A stretch of 64,000 nt of DNA from Candidatus Latescibacterota bacterium (GCA_965242865.1 CBDETK010000013.1:5549567-5613566); one strand, 5' to 3'; positions 48,001 through 58,700 are shown, counted from the stretch's first letter. The notes: generated from the sequence alone by a model not told the origin. Program-made: numbers and translations.

Positions 48001-48984
48001 TACGAGTGGCATCCAGTATTGGTGAATCGCTCGGGAAGAAAAGAGCGCAAGGTGTGGCCGGTGAAATACACGCGTATGTTCGACATGGCGAATGATTCTC
48101 ACCTCTTCAGAACGGCTGAACAGCTCGATGCGGAAGGTTTTTATCCCGTTGAGGGCAACCGCTGGAAACGGGGCGAGGAGCTGTATTTGCCGCTGTATCA
48201 AGGCCGGATGATTTGGCACTTTGACCACCGCGCCAACTCGGTTCGCGTCAACCCGGAGAGCACACACAACCCGTACCTCAGCGAGGAAGTAACCCAAGCG
48301 CAACACGCCGACCCCCGGTTCCTGCCCCAAACACAGTATTGGGTGCCAGCTCACAACGTAGAGGCGGCTTTGCCCCAAAGTCGCGGGTACGCCTTGGGCT
48401 TCCGCGACATCACCAATCCTACAAATGAGAGAACAGTCATTGCTTCCATCGTCCCATGGGCGGGGTATGGAAACACTATTCCTCTACTCCTCAGTGCCGA
48501 CCCCTTGGCCACCGCGTATCTCATGGCCAACCTGAATGCGATATGTGTGGACTTTGTTGCAAGACAGAAGGCTCAAGGTACGCACCTGAATTGGTACATC
48601 CTCGAGCAACTCCCCGTTATCGCTCCCGACGCGTACGACCAAAAATTCGGCCCCACAACCGCCCGCGACCTCGTCCGCGACCACGTCCTCCGCCTCACAT
48701 ACACCGCCCACGACATGGCTCCTTTCGCCCGCGACCTCGGCTACGATGGCGACCCCTTCGTCTGGGACGAAGAGGAACGCCGCCACCTACGCGCCCGCCT
48801 CGACGCGCTCTACTTCCACCTCTACTGCTTGTCACGCGACGCCGCCGAATACATCCTCGACACCTTCCCCATCGTCCGCCGCGACGACGAAGCCGCCTTC
48901 GGAACATACCGCACCCGCGATATGACGCTGGCGTACATGAACGCGCTCGCCGCGGGGGATACGGAGACGAAGGTCGCGGTGTAG
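45016..48984 (+). CDS. Type IIG fused restriction endonuclease / N6-adenine methyltransferase (Eco57I-like)
   Basis: PD..ESK nuclease motif, WGILTNG, YNGGLF, LGSIYERLL, GSFYT, LDPAMGSGHF, GNPPW, C-terminal TRD region. Confidence 0.9.
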   Translation: MDMPGQLFTHYFLTDGIKATAEWQASCAQPEAFAAFRDGVARRLDALSRSQEPNEAATEQDLIRPVLALLGWVDYLPQQSGAGNEDIPDHLLFADADAKQQAAAERNAGARLSYAAVVAESKRFGLSLDSRERSGSPHGQILRYLATAEIASEGRVRWGILTNGRVWRLYDYRARPRASGYFEVDLGELLAPGREDDLRVFHLLFCRASFALQAGATTTFLEAALAEGRRYEEQVAQDLSGVVFERVFPRLVDALAEASGQSLAESRDAALIFLYRLLFVLYAEDRGLLPVNDGRYDDYGLRKRVRDDIVRRMATNDTFSAKFTLYYDHLVNLFRIIEEGDESIGLPPYNGGLFAADAAPLLETTRLADAPLAPIIHDLSHVEGRFVNYRDMSVQQLGSIYERLLEREPVRTDGNISIRLNPYARKDSGSFYTSQELVDLIVERTLRPLADERLNAFAKKAAALQSDRRSKQERRVELERFDPAVAVLDLKVLDPAMGSGHFLVTAVDFLSDYIAELIERVPAVPEWLDGEYTSPLVGRVAAIRDDIRQRATASNWVLDEAQLTDQAIIRRMVLKRCIYGVDKNRLTVELAKVSLWLHSFTVGAPLSFLDHHLRGGDSLVGLRVRDATDELHRLGGMFAGSAIAGAEMATEGMQRIEEMSDADVAEVQASAALFDGVEKTTADLRGLLNFLCGWRWLTAGMKKQERDAFEGPLGTTIGQHPADAYELLARGPEDDDARFAELWHAARKIANEEGFLHWEVAFPGVWHQWQDRCPQGGFDAVIGNPPWDRIKLQEVEWFASRAPELALAPTAAARRKGIQNLRDQRSSLAAEFDAAKERADTLGRLVRASGDYPLLSGGDINLYSLFVERAMSLIKPDGFVGLLTPSGIYADKTAARFFKSVSTKGQVGGLFDFENKKIFFKDVHASFKFCALILGGEERRFDQTECAFFLHDTKTVHDEDRCFPLTPDDFARVNPNTNTAPVFRRRKDAEITRYIYEWHPVLVNRSGRKERKVWPVKYTRMFDMANDSHLFRTAEQLDAEGFYPVEGNRWKRGEELYLPLYQGRMIWHFDHRANSVRVNPESTHNPYLSEEVTQAQHADPRFLPQTQYWVPAHNVEAALPQSRGYALGFRDITNPTNERTVIASIVPWAGYGNTIPLLLSADPLATAYLMANLNAICVDFVARQKAQGTHLNWYILEQLPVIAPDAYDQKFGPTTARDLVRDHVLRLTYTAHDMAPFARDLGYDGDPFVWDEEERRHLRARLDALYFHLYCLSRDAAEYILDTFPIVRRDDEAAFGTYRTRDMTLAYMNALAAGDTETKVAV

Positions 48985-49104
48985 GCGATTTAGGCGGCTA
49001 TTGACCAGTGTTATAGTGATTTATAATATGTACTTAGGTCTCTCGGCCAATAACTAAGAGAAACCCCTGATAATGTTTCAAAAGGGAATTATATAGATAC
49101 CTAA

Positions 49105-50028
49105 GAAGCCTTTTTAAAACTCCTTTTTTGCTTGGATTTGACGTTGGCGTACTCACCGCACCCCTTCAGGTTTCGCCTAAGACCCCTGAACGAAAGGTCT
49201 CCGATGAGTACGCCCTATCAATATCCGACCGACCTAACAGACGCGCCATGGCAGCGGCGGTCTCCCCTCGTACCCTCTCGTCGTTGGCGTCGGGGGGGTC
49301 CGGGTCGTCCTCCCCGTACTCTACGTTTGGTGCTCAATGGGATCCTCTATCGAGCTAAAACCGGCTGTCCGGGGCCGATGCTACCGCCGACGTTTGGCCC
49401 TTGGCAAACAGTGTATGGATACTTCAACCGCTGGCGACGAGCCGGACCCTGGCAGCGGATGTTGGACGCCTTGACCCGCCAACAGCGCACCCGACAAGGC
49501 CGCCGGCCAACCCCTTCGGCCGGCGGCATCGACGCCCAGCGTGTCAAGACCGCCACGCAAGGCCGAGCTATAGGGTACGACGCCGGGAAACGGGTCAAAG
49601 GGCGCAAACGCCACCTGTTCGTCGATAGCCAAGGCTCGATCCTACAAGGCAAGGTCACCGCCGCCGATGGCTCCGACGCCGACGGCTTAAAGGCCCTGTT
49701 GAGGGACTATTTCTCCGCTGGCGTCCAACGGCTGAGAAGCGTGTGGGTCGATGCCGGCTACCGAGGGGAGGCACTTAACGCATGGGGCGCCAACTTAAAA
49801 AAAACCTATAAAATCCGATTGGAGGGCAGCGAAAAACCACGCCCCGGCTTTACCCTACTCAAGCGCCGATGGGTCGTAGAACGAACCTTTGCTTGGTTGG
49901 GCAACTATCGTATCCACGCCAAAGATTATGAGATCGTAACCGACAATAGCCAAGCCTTTATACACATCGTTATGATCCATCTGTTGCTCAAGCGAAAAAA
50001 CAAAGAAAAAGAGTTTTAAAAAGGCTTC
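49105..50028 (+). mobile_element. IS5 family (IS1031 group) insertion sequence, 924 bp
   Basis: Perfect 18-bp TIR gaagcctttttaaaactc / gagttttaaaaaggcttc; TAA duplication at 49102-49104 and 50029-50031. Confidence 0.92.
49204..50019 (+). CDS. IS5 family transposase
   Basis: YPTDLTD, NGILY, IDAQRVK, GKRVKGRKRH, VDAGY, RRWVVERTFAWL. Confidence 0.9.
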   Translation: MSTPYQYPTDLTDAPWQRRSPLVPSRRWRRGGPGRPPRTLRLVLNGILYRAKTGCPGPMLPPTFGPWQTVYGYFNRWRRAGPWQRMLDALTRQQRTRQGRRPTPSAGGIDAQRVKTATQGRAIGYDAGKRVKGRKRHLFVDSQGSILQGKVTAADGSDADGLKALLRDYFSAGVQRLRSVWVDAGYRGEALNAWGANLKKTYKIRLEGSEKPRPGFTLLKRRWVVERTFAWLGNYRIHAKDYEIVTDNSQAFIHIVMIHLLLKRKNKEKEF

Positions 50029-50220
50029 TAAGCATTGTAAATCGGCACTTCAAAAGACGAATCCGCCCCGTGATCGGGCTGCGAGTTTTGGCAAATTTTG
50101 TTCAAATGTTCAAAATTTGCCAAATTTTGGACTGTGGTGTGAGTCACACCCACCGCATCCGCGATCACTTGCTGCGTATAACACGCCAAGAACAGAGCCG
50201 CTTAGACAACTATATAAGCC

Positions 50221-50331
50221 CCAAAAATTGTGATGCTCCACAGCTTCGTGAAGAAGTCTCAAAAGACACCCAAGAAAGAGCTTGAAACCGCAAGAAAACG
50301 ACTGTCAGAATTCAGGGCTTCTCAAAATTAG
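50221..50331 (+). pseudogene. 3' remnant of gp49/HigB-like toxin
   Basis: PKIVMLHSFVKKSQKTPKKELETARKRLSEFRASQN*, directly upstream of an HTH antitoxin; 5' part absent. Confidence 0.75.
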
Positions 50332-50342
50332 GAGGAATTAAG

Positions 50343-50627
50343 ATGATGACGCACAAAGAATTGATCGCAAAAATGCGGGCGCAGCCCGAATACAAAGAAA
50401 AGTATGATGAAGCAGCACCCGAATTTGAATTGCTGCGCAAGATGCTCGAAGCGCGAAAACGCGCCGGACTGACTCAAGAGCAGGTAGCTGAGAAGATGGG
50501 CACGAAGGCAACGGCGATTACCCGCTTAGAGTCTGCCAGCAGCGAACACTCTCCCAAAGTTGAAACACTGCGGAAATACGCTGAAGCCGTAGGATGTCGG
50601 CTCAACATTGAGTTGATTCCTGATTGA
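50343..50627 (+). CDS. XRE-family HTH antitoxin
   Basis: RBS aggagg; ARKRAGLTQEQVAEKMGTKATAITRLE..TLRKYAEAVG. Confidence 0.9.
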   Translation: MMTHKELIAKMRAQPEYKEKYDEAAPEFELLRKMLEARKRAGLTQEQVAEKMGTKATAITRLESASSEHSPKVETLRKYAEAVGCRLNIELIPD

Positions 50628-50652
50628 GCTACTTCGTTCAACCGCTGTCGAA

Positions 50653-52710
<2,058 letters not shown>

Positions 52711-52938
52711 TCAACCCACCCCTTTTGTGTATTTTGTGCCTTTTGTGGCCAATCTGTTTTAACGCTGCATTGGCCAACGCAACCAACCTAAAAATCGGGC
52801 CGCTCATCAGGGCGACGCCTTGCCGCAACCGCCTGTCCCCTCCTGCTGTCCATTGCATCTCTGCCGCCCGTTCCGTATCGACGCTCTGCGAAAATATCAG
52901 TTTAGCCGAACCTTCGCCGCCAATGACGGGTGTGTTCG

Positions 52939-52976
52939 TGCGATGATTTGACGCACTTGTGCGATATATCCGCGCA
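52939..52976 (+). promoter_or_regulatory. Paired enhancer-like sites TGCG-N9-CGCA (UAS 1)
   Basis: tgcgatgatttgacgca (52939) and tgcgatatatccgcgca (52960), 21 bp apart; repeated at 58382/58403. Confidence 0.75.
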
Positions 52977-53121
52977 CTTTTAGGCCGTCAAAAGGGCTAC
53001 ACAAAGAGCCTAAGAGACGAATGAGAAAATTTTGCTAATTTTTACAAACCATTGTTTAACAATTATTTATAATATATAAAACCAAACATATCAGCGCGAT
53101 TATCACCTGTTGACTACCTAC

Positions 53122-53137
53122 TGGCACGATAATTGCT
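53122..53137 (+). promoter_or_regulatory. sigma54 (-24/-12) promoter 1
   Basis: TGGCACG-ATAA-TTGCT, a perfect consensus match after an AT-rich tract. Confidence 0.88.
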
Positions 53138-53296
53138 ATATACTTACTGAAGCAACAACCCGCCCTCGTCCACAGCAACAGAACGGAGGGAATGCTTATG
53201 AAGGACATCGTCTCAACGGGCTTGGGGCTTGCAGCCCTAGCGGCCAGTGCTTCCCCGCGGAGATCGCCGCGAGATGACAAAACCAAGGAGAACACC

Positions 53297-54136
53297 ATGA
53301 AACCCGTAGCCATTCAAACCCTGTATTTCGCCCTAGTCGCCATTTGGTTCGCTGTCTCCAGCATAGCCGCTGCCGAGAAGCCCCAATACGGCGGCTTTTC
53401 ATCTAACCCCGACAGCCTCCAGCCCTTCTACGACTATATCCACGGTCAAGAGATGATGAAGGTCGAGGCCGGTGATGAATTGCGGCGTGCTATAGACGCC
53501 ATCCCGGTTGACTTGGGTACTGCCATTGATCTGGAGCAAGAAGCCGGACTGCGAGACTGGCTCTACGACTTGCTGGTCGCCTTTTCGGCGTCAGGCAACG
53601 ACAGCCTCGCCGCCGCGTTTTACCTGCGCGAGGGCTTCAATAATCCCGACCTAGCAGTGCAGATGATAAAGGAGGTTGAGCGTAGGGGGATCTCAATAGG
53701 CAATACCGATACGCCTTTTGCCTTCTGTAAAAGTATGCACAAGTTCGCGCTCAATTTTTTAGCGGAGCGCGACTATTTCTTTGAAAACGTGTCTTTTTTT
53801 GATAGCGTGTTCAAAGTGTTCGAGATGCAGGAAGCGTACGATAGCTATGAGTCCTACCTCAAGACCCATGGCATGATTCCGAGAGGCATAGACTTCTTTG
53901 ACCTCATCAAAATGCGGAAAGAAGTTGAGGAGCGATTGCAAAAGGGTGCCCAACTGGTCTTTGTCGATGTCATGTTCATCGTTGAAGAGCCTGAGCAGTT
54001 CTCAACATTCGAGAGGCCGGGGCGCACCCCGTCCTTTTTTCGGCTAGCTTGGGACTCAGAGAAGGGTGTTTGGCGCCATGTAGAGATCTATTTTAGCCAA
54101 GGTGTGCCGCAAGATTTTTTATTTAACATCATGTGA
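53297..54136 (+). CDS. Secreted hypothetical protein, paralog A
   Basis: RBS aaggag, signal peptide ending AAA; homologous over full length to 54265-55095. Confidence 0.85.
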   Translation: MKPVAIQTLYFALVAIWFAVSSIAAAEKPQYGGFSSNPDSLQPFYDYIHGQEMMKVEAGDELRRAIDAIPVDLGTAIDLEQEAGLRDWLYDLLVAFSASGNDSLAAAFYLREGFNNPDLAVQMIKEVERRGISIGNTDTPFAFCKSMHKFALNFLAERDYFFENVSFFDSVFKVFEMQEAYDSYESYLKTHGMIPRGIDFFDLIKMRKEVEERLQKGAQLVFVDVMFIVEEPEQFSTFERPGRTPSFFRLAWDSEKGVWRHVEIYFSQGVPQDFLFNIM

Positions 54137-54264
54137 GCAACGTAAAGGAAGTCGCCCTCGGGTTGGTCAGCGAATCTCTACAATGTACATTTCGGCCCCG
54201 GGGTGGTGGCCTAGTCGCCGCTCCCCAAGGCAACCCAATGGACTTAAAAAGAAAAGAGGTATAG

Positions 54265-55095
54265 ATGAAAATCCTAGCCATTCGCATCTTGTCTGTCGCC
54301 CTGATCGCTGTCGCCAGCACAGCCATAGCCGAGCCTACATCCCAATACGGCGGCTTTTCATCTAACCCCGACAGCCTCCAGCCCTTCTACGACTATATCC
54401 ACGGTCAAGAGATGATGAAGGTCGAGGCCGGTGATGAATTGCGGCGTGCTATCGACGCCATCCAGGTTGACTTGGGCGTTGCCATCGATCTGGAGCAAGA
54501 AGCCGGGCTACGCGACTGGCTCTACGATCTCTTGGTCGCCTTTTCGGCTTCGGGCAGCGATAGTCTCGCCGTTGCATTTTACATGCGAGAGGGGGCAACC
54601 AACTCCGACCTAATAGAGCAGGTAAGCAAGGAGGCTAAGAGCCAAGGAATCCTAACAGGCGATACCGACACGCCCCTTGCTTTCTTTCGCAGCTTTCACA
54701 AGGTCGTGCTCAACATGGCGGAGCGCGATTATTTCTTCGCCAATGTGTCTTTCTTCGACAGCGTGTTCAAGGTGTTTGAGATGCAAAAAGAATACGATAG
54801 CTATGAGTCCTATCTCGACACGCATGGCATGCTTCCCAAGGGCAGCGTGTTCTTTGAGCACATCAAACTACGGCAAGAGGTCGAAAAACGCTTGCAAGGG
54901 AGCACCCCACTGATCTTTGCCGACGTCATGTTCATCGTCGAGGAGCCCGAAGAATTTAGCACGTTTGAGACCCCGGGGCGTACGCCGACCTTTTTTCGGT
55001 TACTCTGGGATGAAGAGCAGGCGTTGTGGCGTCATGTAGAGGTCTATTTCAGCCTCGGTGTGCCGCATGAATTTCTTCTGTTCAACTTCATGTAA
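54265..55095 (+). CDS. Secreted hypothetical protein, paralog B
   Basis: RBS gaggt, signal peptide ending AIA; QYGGFSSNPDSLQPFYDYIH ... WRHVEVYF. Confidence 0.85.
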   Translation: MKILAIRILSVALIAVASTAIAEPTSQYGGFSSNPDSLQPFYDYIHGQEMMKVEAGDELRRAIDAIQVDLGVAIDLEQEAGLRDWLYDLLVAFSASGSDSLAVAFYMREGATNSDLIEQVSKEAKSQGILTGDTDTPLAFFRSFHKVVLNMAERDYFFANVSFFDSVFKVFEMQKEYDSYESYLDTHGMLPKGSVFFEHIKLRQEVEKRLQGSTPLIFADVMFIVEEPEEFSTFETPGRTPTFFRLLWDEEQALWRHVEVYFSLGVPHEFLLFNFM

Positions 55096-55111
55096 TTCTA
55101 GGAGCCGCACC

Positions 55112-56686
55112 ATGATCGGCATTGTGTTCAAAAAAGAGATGCTCAGCCATCTGCTCAGCCAGCGTTTCGCCGCTTGCACCATCCTCGCCGTCGTGCTGAT
55201 TCTCGCCAACGGCGTCCTCACGACTCAGACCTATGTCCACAAAAAGGCCAGCTACTTCACCCAGCGGGCCACTGAGGACAGCAAACTACACGAAATCACT
55301 TACTATTCGGTGCTGGGCAGCGATTGGTGGATGGTGCCCAACGGTATGCCCAAGCCTAGGGCGGCTCCGCGAGCACTGCGGGCTCCGCGCCCCTTAGAGG
55401 CGTTCGCCCGAGGCGCCGAACGACAGTTGGGACAGGCCGTCAGGGTGCTGCTCTTTGAGGTGCCTTACCAAGCCGCGGAGGTCTCCCCCTTCCAGTCGAG
55501 CAACCCTTATCTCGCCATCTTTGCCTTCTTCGACATGGTGTACATCTTCCAACTCGTACTCGGGTTGCTGGCCATCCTCATCGCCAGCGAAACCATCTCC
55601 GGCGAGAAAGAGGACGGTACGCTGCGGCTGATGCTGTCCACCAATGTCAGCCGCGCCCAAGTCCTCGCCGGCAAAATCCTCGCGGGTTTGACCACGCTGG
55701 CCATTCCAACGGCTCTCGGCTTCATCCTGCTGACGATCTTGCTGTTGGGCACGGAGCAGATCGACGTCGGGGCTGGCGAGTGGGTGCGGTTGGGGCTGCT
55801 GTTCGCACTGTCGCTGCTGTATCTGCTGGTGTTCTATTTGATTGGACTGGCGATCTCATGCGCGACGCACCGCTCGGCGACTAGCTTGGTCGTCGCGCTG
55901 TTTGCGTGGGCGTTGCTGGCGATAGTGCTGCCCAACAGCCTCTCGGCCTTGCTCAACGAACAGGCCAACATGGGCGAAAAGCATGCCCAAGCCCATCATA
56001 AGGCCGCGCAAGTGTGGAAGGAGTTCGATCAGGAGGTCACCGACCTCGCCCGGGCGCACAACCAGCCGAAGTACTTTCCCATAGATATGGTCGAGCGGCT
56101 CCCGCCGAGGGCGGAACGCGGGACGCTATCCTACTTCAAAGGAACGGACGCGTACTCTATCAGAGACGGGCAGACGCCTGACCTCTGTCTATCGAATATC
56201 GCCGATACACCCGCGTTGGCGAAATTCCAAGACATCGTCCGCACCGGCGAGCGGCTGCGCTTGAAATACGCCCAACGCGCTTGGAACGAGAAAGCCCCTC
56301 TGCTCGAAGGCTTTCCCCGCCGAATCCAACGCCTCAACGACCAACTCCAGCGCCTGCTGCCCGCTGGTGCCTACGCCCAAGCCGCCAGCCTGCTCGCTGG
56401 CACCAGCCGCCGTGAATACGACGACTTCATCGACCAAACCCGCACCTATCGCGGGCAGATCATCGCCTTCCTCGAAGAGCGCGATGCGTTTGGCTCCCGC
56501 GAGTGGTTCAACGACGATCCCGGCTGGCGCGCCGACCTGCGCGACTTGCCGCGATTTGCCGAGCGCGGCTGGACCGTTGCCGAGAGCCTGCGCCATGCCT
56601 TGCCGGCACTGACCTCCCTGCTGCTGTATGCGACCGTGCTCTTTGTCCTCGCCAACCGCCTCTTTGCCCGCTACGACGCGATGTGA
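55112..56686 (+). CDS. ABC-2 type exporter permease with large extracytoplasmic loops
   Basis: IVFKKE, ISGEKEDGTLRLMLS..SRAQVLAGK, six TM helices. Confidence 0.88.
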   Translation: MIGIVFKKEMLSHLLSQRFAACTILAVVLILANGVLTTQTYVHKKASYFTQRATEDSKLHEITYYSVLGSDWWMVPNGMPKPRAAPRALRAPRPLEAFARGAERQLGQAVRVLLFEVPYQAAEVSPFQSSNPYLAIFAFFDMVYIFQLVLGLLAILIASETISGEKEDGTLRLMLSTNVSRAQVLAGKILAGLTTLAIPTALGFILLTILLLGTEQIDVGAGEWVRLGLLFALSLLYLLVFYLIGLAISCATHRSATSLVVALFAWALLAIVLPNSLSALLNEQANMGEKHAQAHHKAAQVWKEFDQEVTDLARAHNQPKYFPIDMVERLPPRAERGTLSYFKGTDAYSIRDGQTPDLCLSNIADTPALAKFQDIVRTGERLRLKYAQRAWNEKAPLLEGFPRRIQRLNDQLQRLLPAGAYAQAASLLAGTSRREYDDFIDQTRTYRGQIIAFLEERDAFGSREWFNDDPGWRADLRDLPRFAERGWTVAESLRHALPALTSLLLYATVLFVLANRLFARYDAM

Positions 56687-56712
56687 GCCATCCAACCAAA
56701 GGAGCTATTCCC

Positions 56713-58164
56713 ATGTTAGCAGCCATTGTAAAACGCGAACTGATCGACCACCTCAGCAGCCTGCGCTTCGGCTTGGCCCTCGTGCTGACGGTGGGGCTGA
56801 TGGTGCTCAACGCCCTCAGCTTTGTCGGCGGGTCCTACGAGTTCCGGCGCGACCACTACCTCCAGCAAGTCCAAGCCCAGCAAGAAATCGGCCGCAGCCA
56901 CGCCCAACGCGGCCTGTGGAAGCTGATCCTCCACGCCGGGCAAGAGTACATCTACAAAAAACCCAGCCCCCTCATGTTCTGCGCGGCCGGGGCCGACGAC
57001 ACCCTGCCCGAGCGGCTCTGGACCCAAGGCGGCGAAGACTCCTACAATCAAACCCGATTCTACAACCCCTTTGTCCTGATCTATTGGGACATCGTCGACA
57101 TCTGGGCGCCCAAGGCCAGCCAACTGCTGGAGACCCAAGCCGTCGACTGGGTCTTCATCATCGGCGGCCTGCTCAGTCTCATGGCCCTGTTGTTCACCTT
57201 TGACGCCTTCATCGGCGAAAAAGAGCGCGGCACCCTCAAGCTGGTCATGGCGCAGAGCTTGCCACGGCACACCCTGCTGTTGGGCAAGTTCCTCGGCGCG
57301 ATGCTCGCTCTCGCCCTCGCCCTAAGCCTCGCCATCGTCGTCAACTTGCTCATCGTCCTCGCGCTGTCGCAGGTGAACTTGGGTCTGGTTGAGGCCGGGC
57401 GCATCGTCGGCATGGTCGGCCTGTCGCTGCTGTATCTGGCCTGCTTTGTCGGATTGGGCCTGTGGGTGTCGATCCGGAGCAGCACCACCCGCTCCAGTCT
57501 GGTGGGTGTGTTGTTGCTGTGGACCTGTGGGGCGTTGCTGTGGCCGGCCACCGGCGGCGCATTGGCCGCTCGCGTGTTGGTCAGCGAATTTGAGGAGGAA
57601 TTGATCCTGGGGTGGGGCTTTGCCCACAACAGCACACCCGCCCACGAAAGCCTCCTAACCCTCAAGAGGCGTTTGGGGAACCGCGATCTGAGAAACCCGC
57701 AAAAAGTGCGCCAGTTGGCCGACGCCCAACGCGCCGTGCGCCAGTTCAACCAAAACCGCGAAGACCGCTTTTTGGCCTACAGCCTCGGCGAAGTCGAAAA
57801 CGCCCGCCACATCGTCCGCCTGTCGCCCACCGGCTGCTTCCAGTACGGCATGGAAGCCCTCGCCGGCACCGGACTGGCGCGCCACAAGAGCTTTGTCGAG
57901 CAAGCCCGCACGTACGTCCAGCAGTTCGAGCAAACCATGCTCAACCGCGACCGCGACGACCCCAAAAGCATGCACATCCACCTCGTCGCCCAAGGGCTGT
58001 CGCGCCAGAAGATCGACCCGGACACGCTGCCGGTGTTCACCGAGAACCTGTCGGCGACGACCTTGCTGCGGCATGCGGTCGTCGATGTCATCGGCCTCTT
58101 CTTCTTCGCCATCCTCACCTACATGCTGGCCTACCGAGCGTGGCTACGCGCCAGCATCGTCTAG
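56713..58164 (+). CDS. ABC-2 type exporter permease (second paralog)
   Basis: IVKRE, FIGEKERGTLKLVMAQSLPRHTLLLGKF, RLSP. Confidence 0.88.
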   Translation: MLAAIVKRELIDHLSSLRFGLALVLTVGLMVLNALSFVGGSYEFRRDHYLQQVQAQQEIGRSHAQRGLWKLILHAGQEYIYKKPSPLMFCAAGADDTLPERLWTQGGEDSYNQTRFYNPFVLIYWDIVDIWAPKASQLLETQAVDWVFIIGGLLSLMALLFTFDAFIGEKERGTLKLVMAQSLPRHTLLLGKFLGAMLALALALSLAIVVNLLIVLALSQVNLGLVEAGRIVGMVGLSLLYLACFVGLGLWVSIRSSTTRSSLVGVLLLWTCGALLWPATGGALAARVLVSEFEEELILGWGFAHNSTPAHESLLTLKRRLGNRDLRNPQKVRQLADAQRAVRQFNQNREDRFLAYSLGEVENARHIVRLSPTGCFQYGMEALAGTGLARHKSFVEQARTYVQQFEQTMLNRDRDDPKSMHIHLVAQGLSRQKIDPDTLPVFTENLSATTLLRHAVVDVIGLFFFAILTYMLAYRAWLRASIV

Positions 58165-58185
58165 CAGTCGTCGTCGCCGCCACTG

Positions 58186-58380
58186 GGGGCGGCGACTGCG
58201 GGGGCGGGGGCGGCGATGGCGATGGCGGCGATGGCGATGGCGATGGGGACGGGGGCGATGGTGGCGGGCGGTGGCGATGGCGGCGACAGCGGCGGTGGCG
58301 ATGGCGGCGACAGCGGCGGTGGCGATGGCGACTGCGGCGATGGCGATGGCGACGACTGCAACGGCGGCGACGACGGGGCC
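58186..58380. repeat. G-rich low-complexity GGCGAT/GGCGAC array
   Basis: Repeated ggcgat hexamers and tandem ggcggtggcgatggcggcgacagc units. Confidence 0.85.
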
Positions 58381-58381
58381 A

Positions 58382-58419
58382 TGCGATGTTTCGACGCACC
58401 TCTGCGATATATCCGCGCA
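58382..58419 (+). promoter_or_regulatory. Paired enhancer-like sites TGCG-N9-CGCA (UAS 2)
   Basis: tgcgatgtttcgacgca (58382) and tgcgatatatccgcgca (58403). Confidence 0.75.
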
Positions 58420-58562
58420 CTTTCAGCGCATCCAGCGGCTTTCGCAAAGTACCTAAGAGCCGGCCACGAAAATAATTTTATCTCCACAAAACATTATATA
58501 ACAACTAGTTACAACCATCATCCCCAAGAAATCGCCGCAATCATCACCCTCTACCTCCCTAT

Positions 58563-58578
58563 TGGCACGATAATTGCA
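58563..58578 (+). promoter_or_regulatory. sigma54 (-24/-12) promoter 2
   Basis: TGGCACG-ATAA-TTGCA. Confidence 0.88.
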
Positions 58579-58700
58579 ATAATACTCACTGACCACAACA
58601 CTCAAGAAGGATTCATCGCAATGCGAGCAGCCAGCACAAAACGCGAACCAATTGACCCCCTCAGCAGCCAGTGCCCTAAGCTGCGGAAAGGAGTGTAATT

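Noticed and set aside
49001-49027. sigma70 promoter TTGACC..TATAAT
   Set aside because: The spacer is only 15 bp; possibly the old TA promoter, but not supportable.
52723-52750. Short imperfect T-rich repeats (also 11836-11862) and 7-mers at 4066 and 25025
   Set aside because: Short intergenic simple repeats with no assignable function.
53297-55095. Diversity-generating retroelement TR/VR pair
   Set aside because: Differences are not adenine-specific and no reverse transcriptase is present.
58161-58698. ORFs over the GGCGAT array (Pro/Ser-rich minus ORF, Gly/Asp plus ORF)
   Set aside because: No RBS, low complexity, and they overlap the enhancer and sigma54 promoter.
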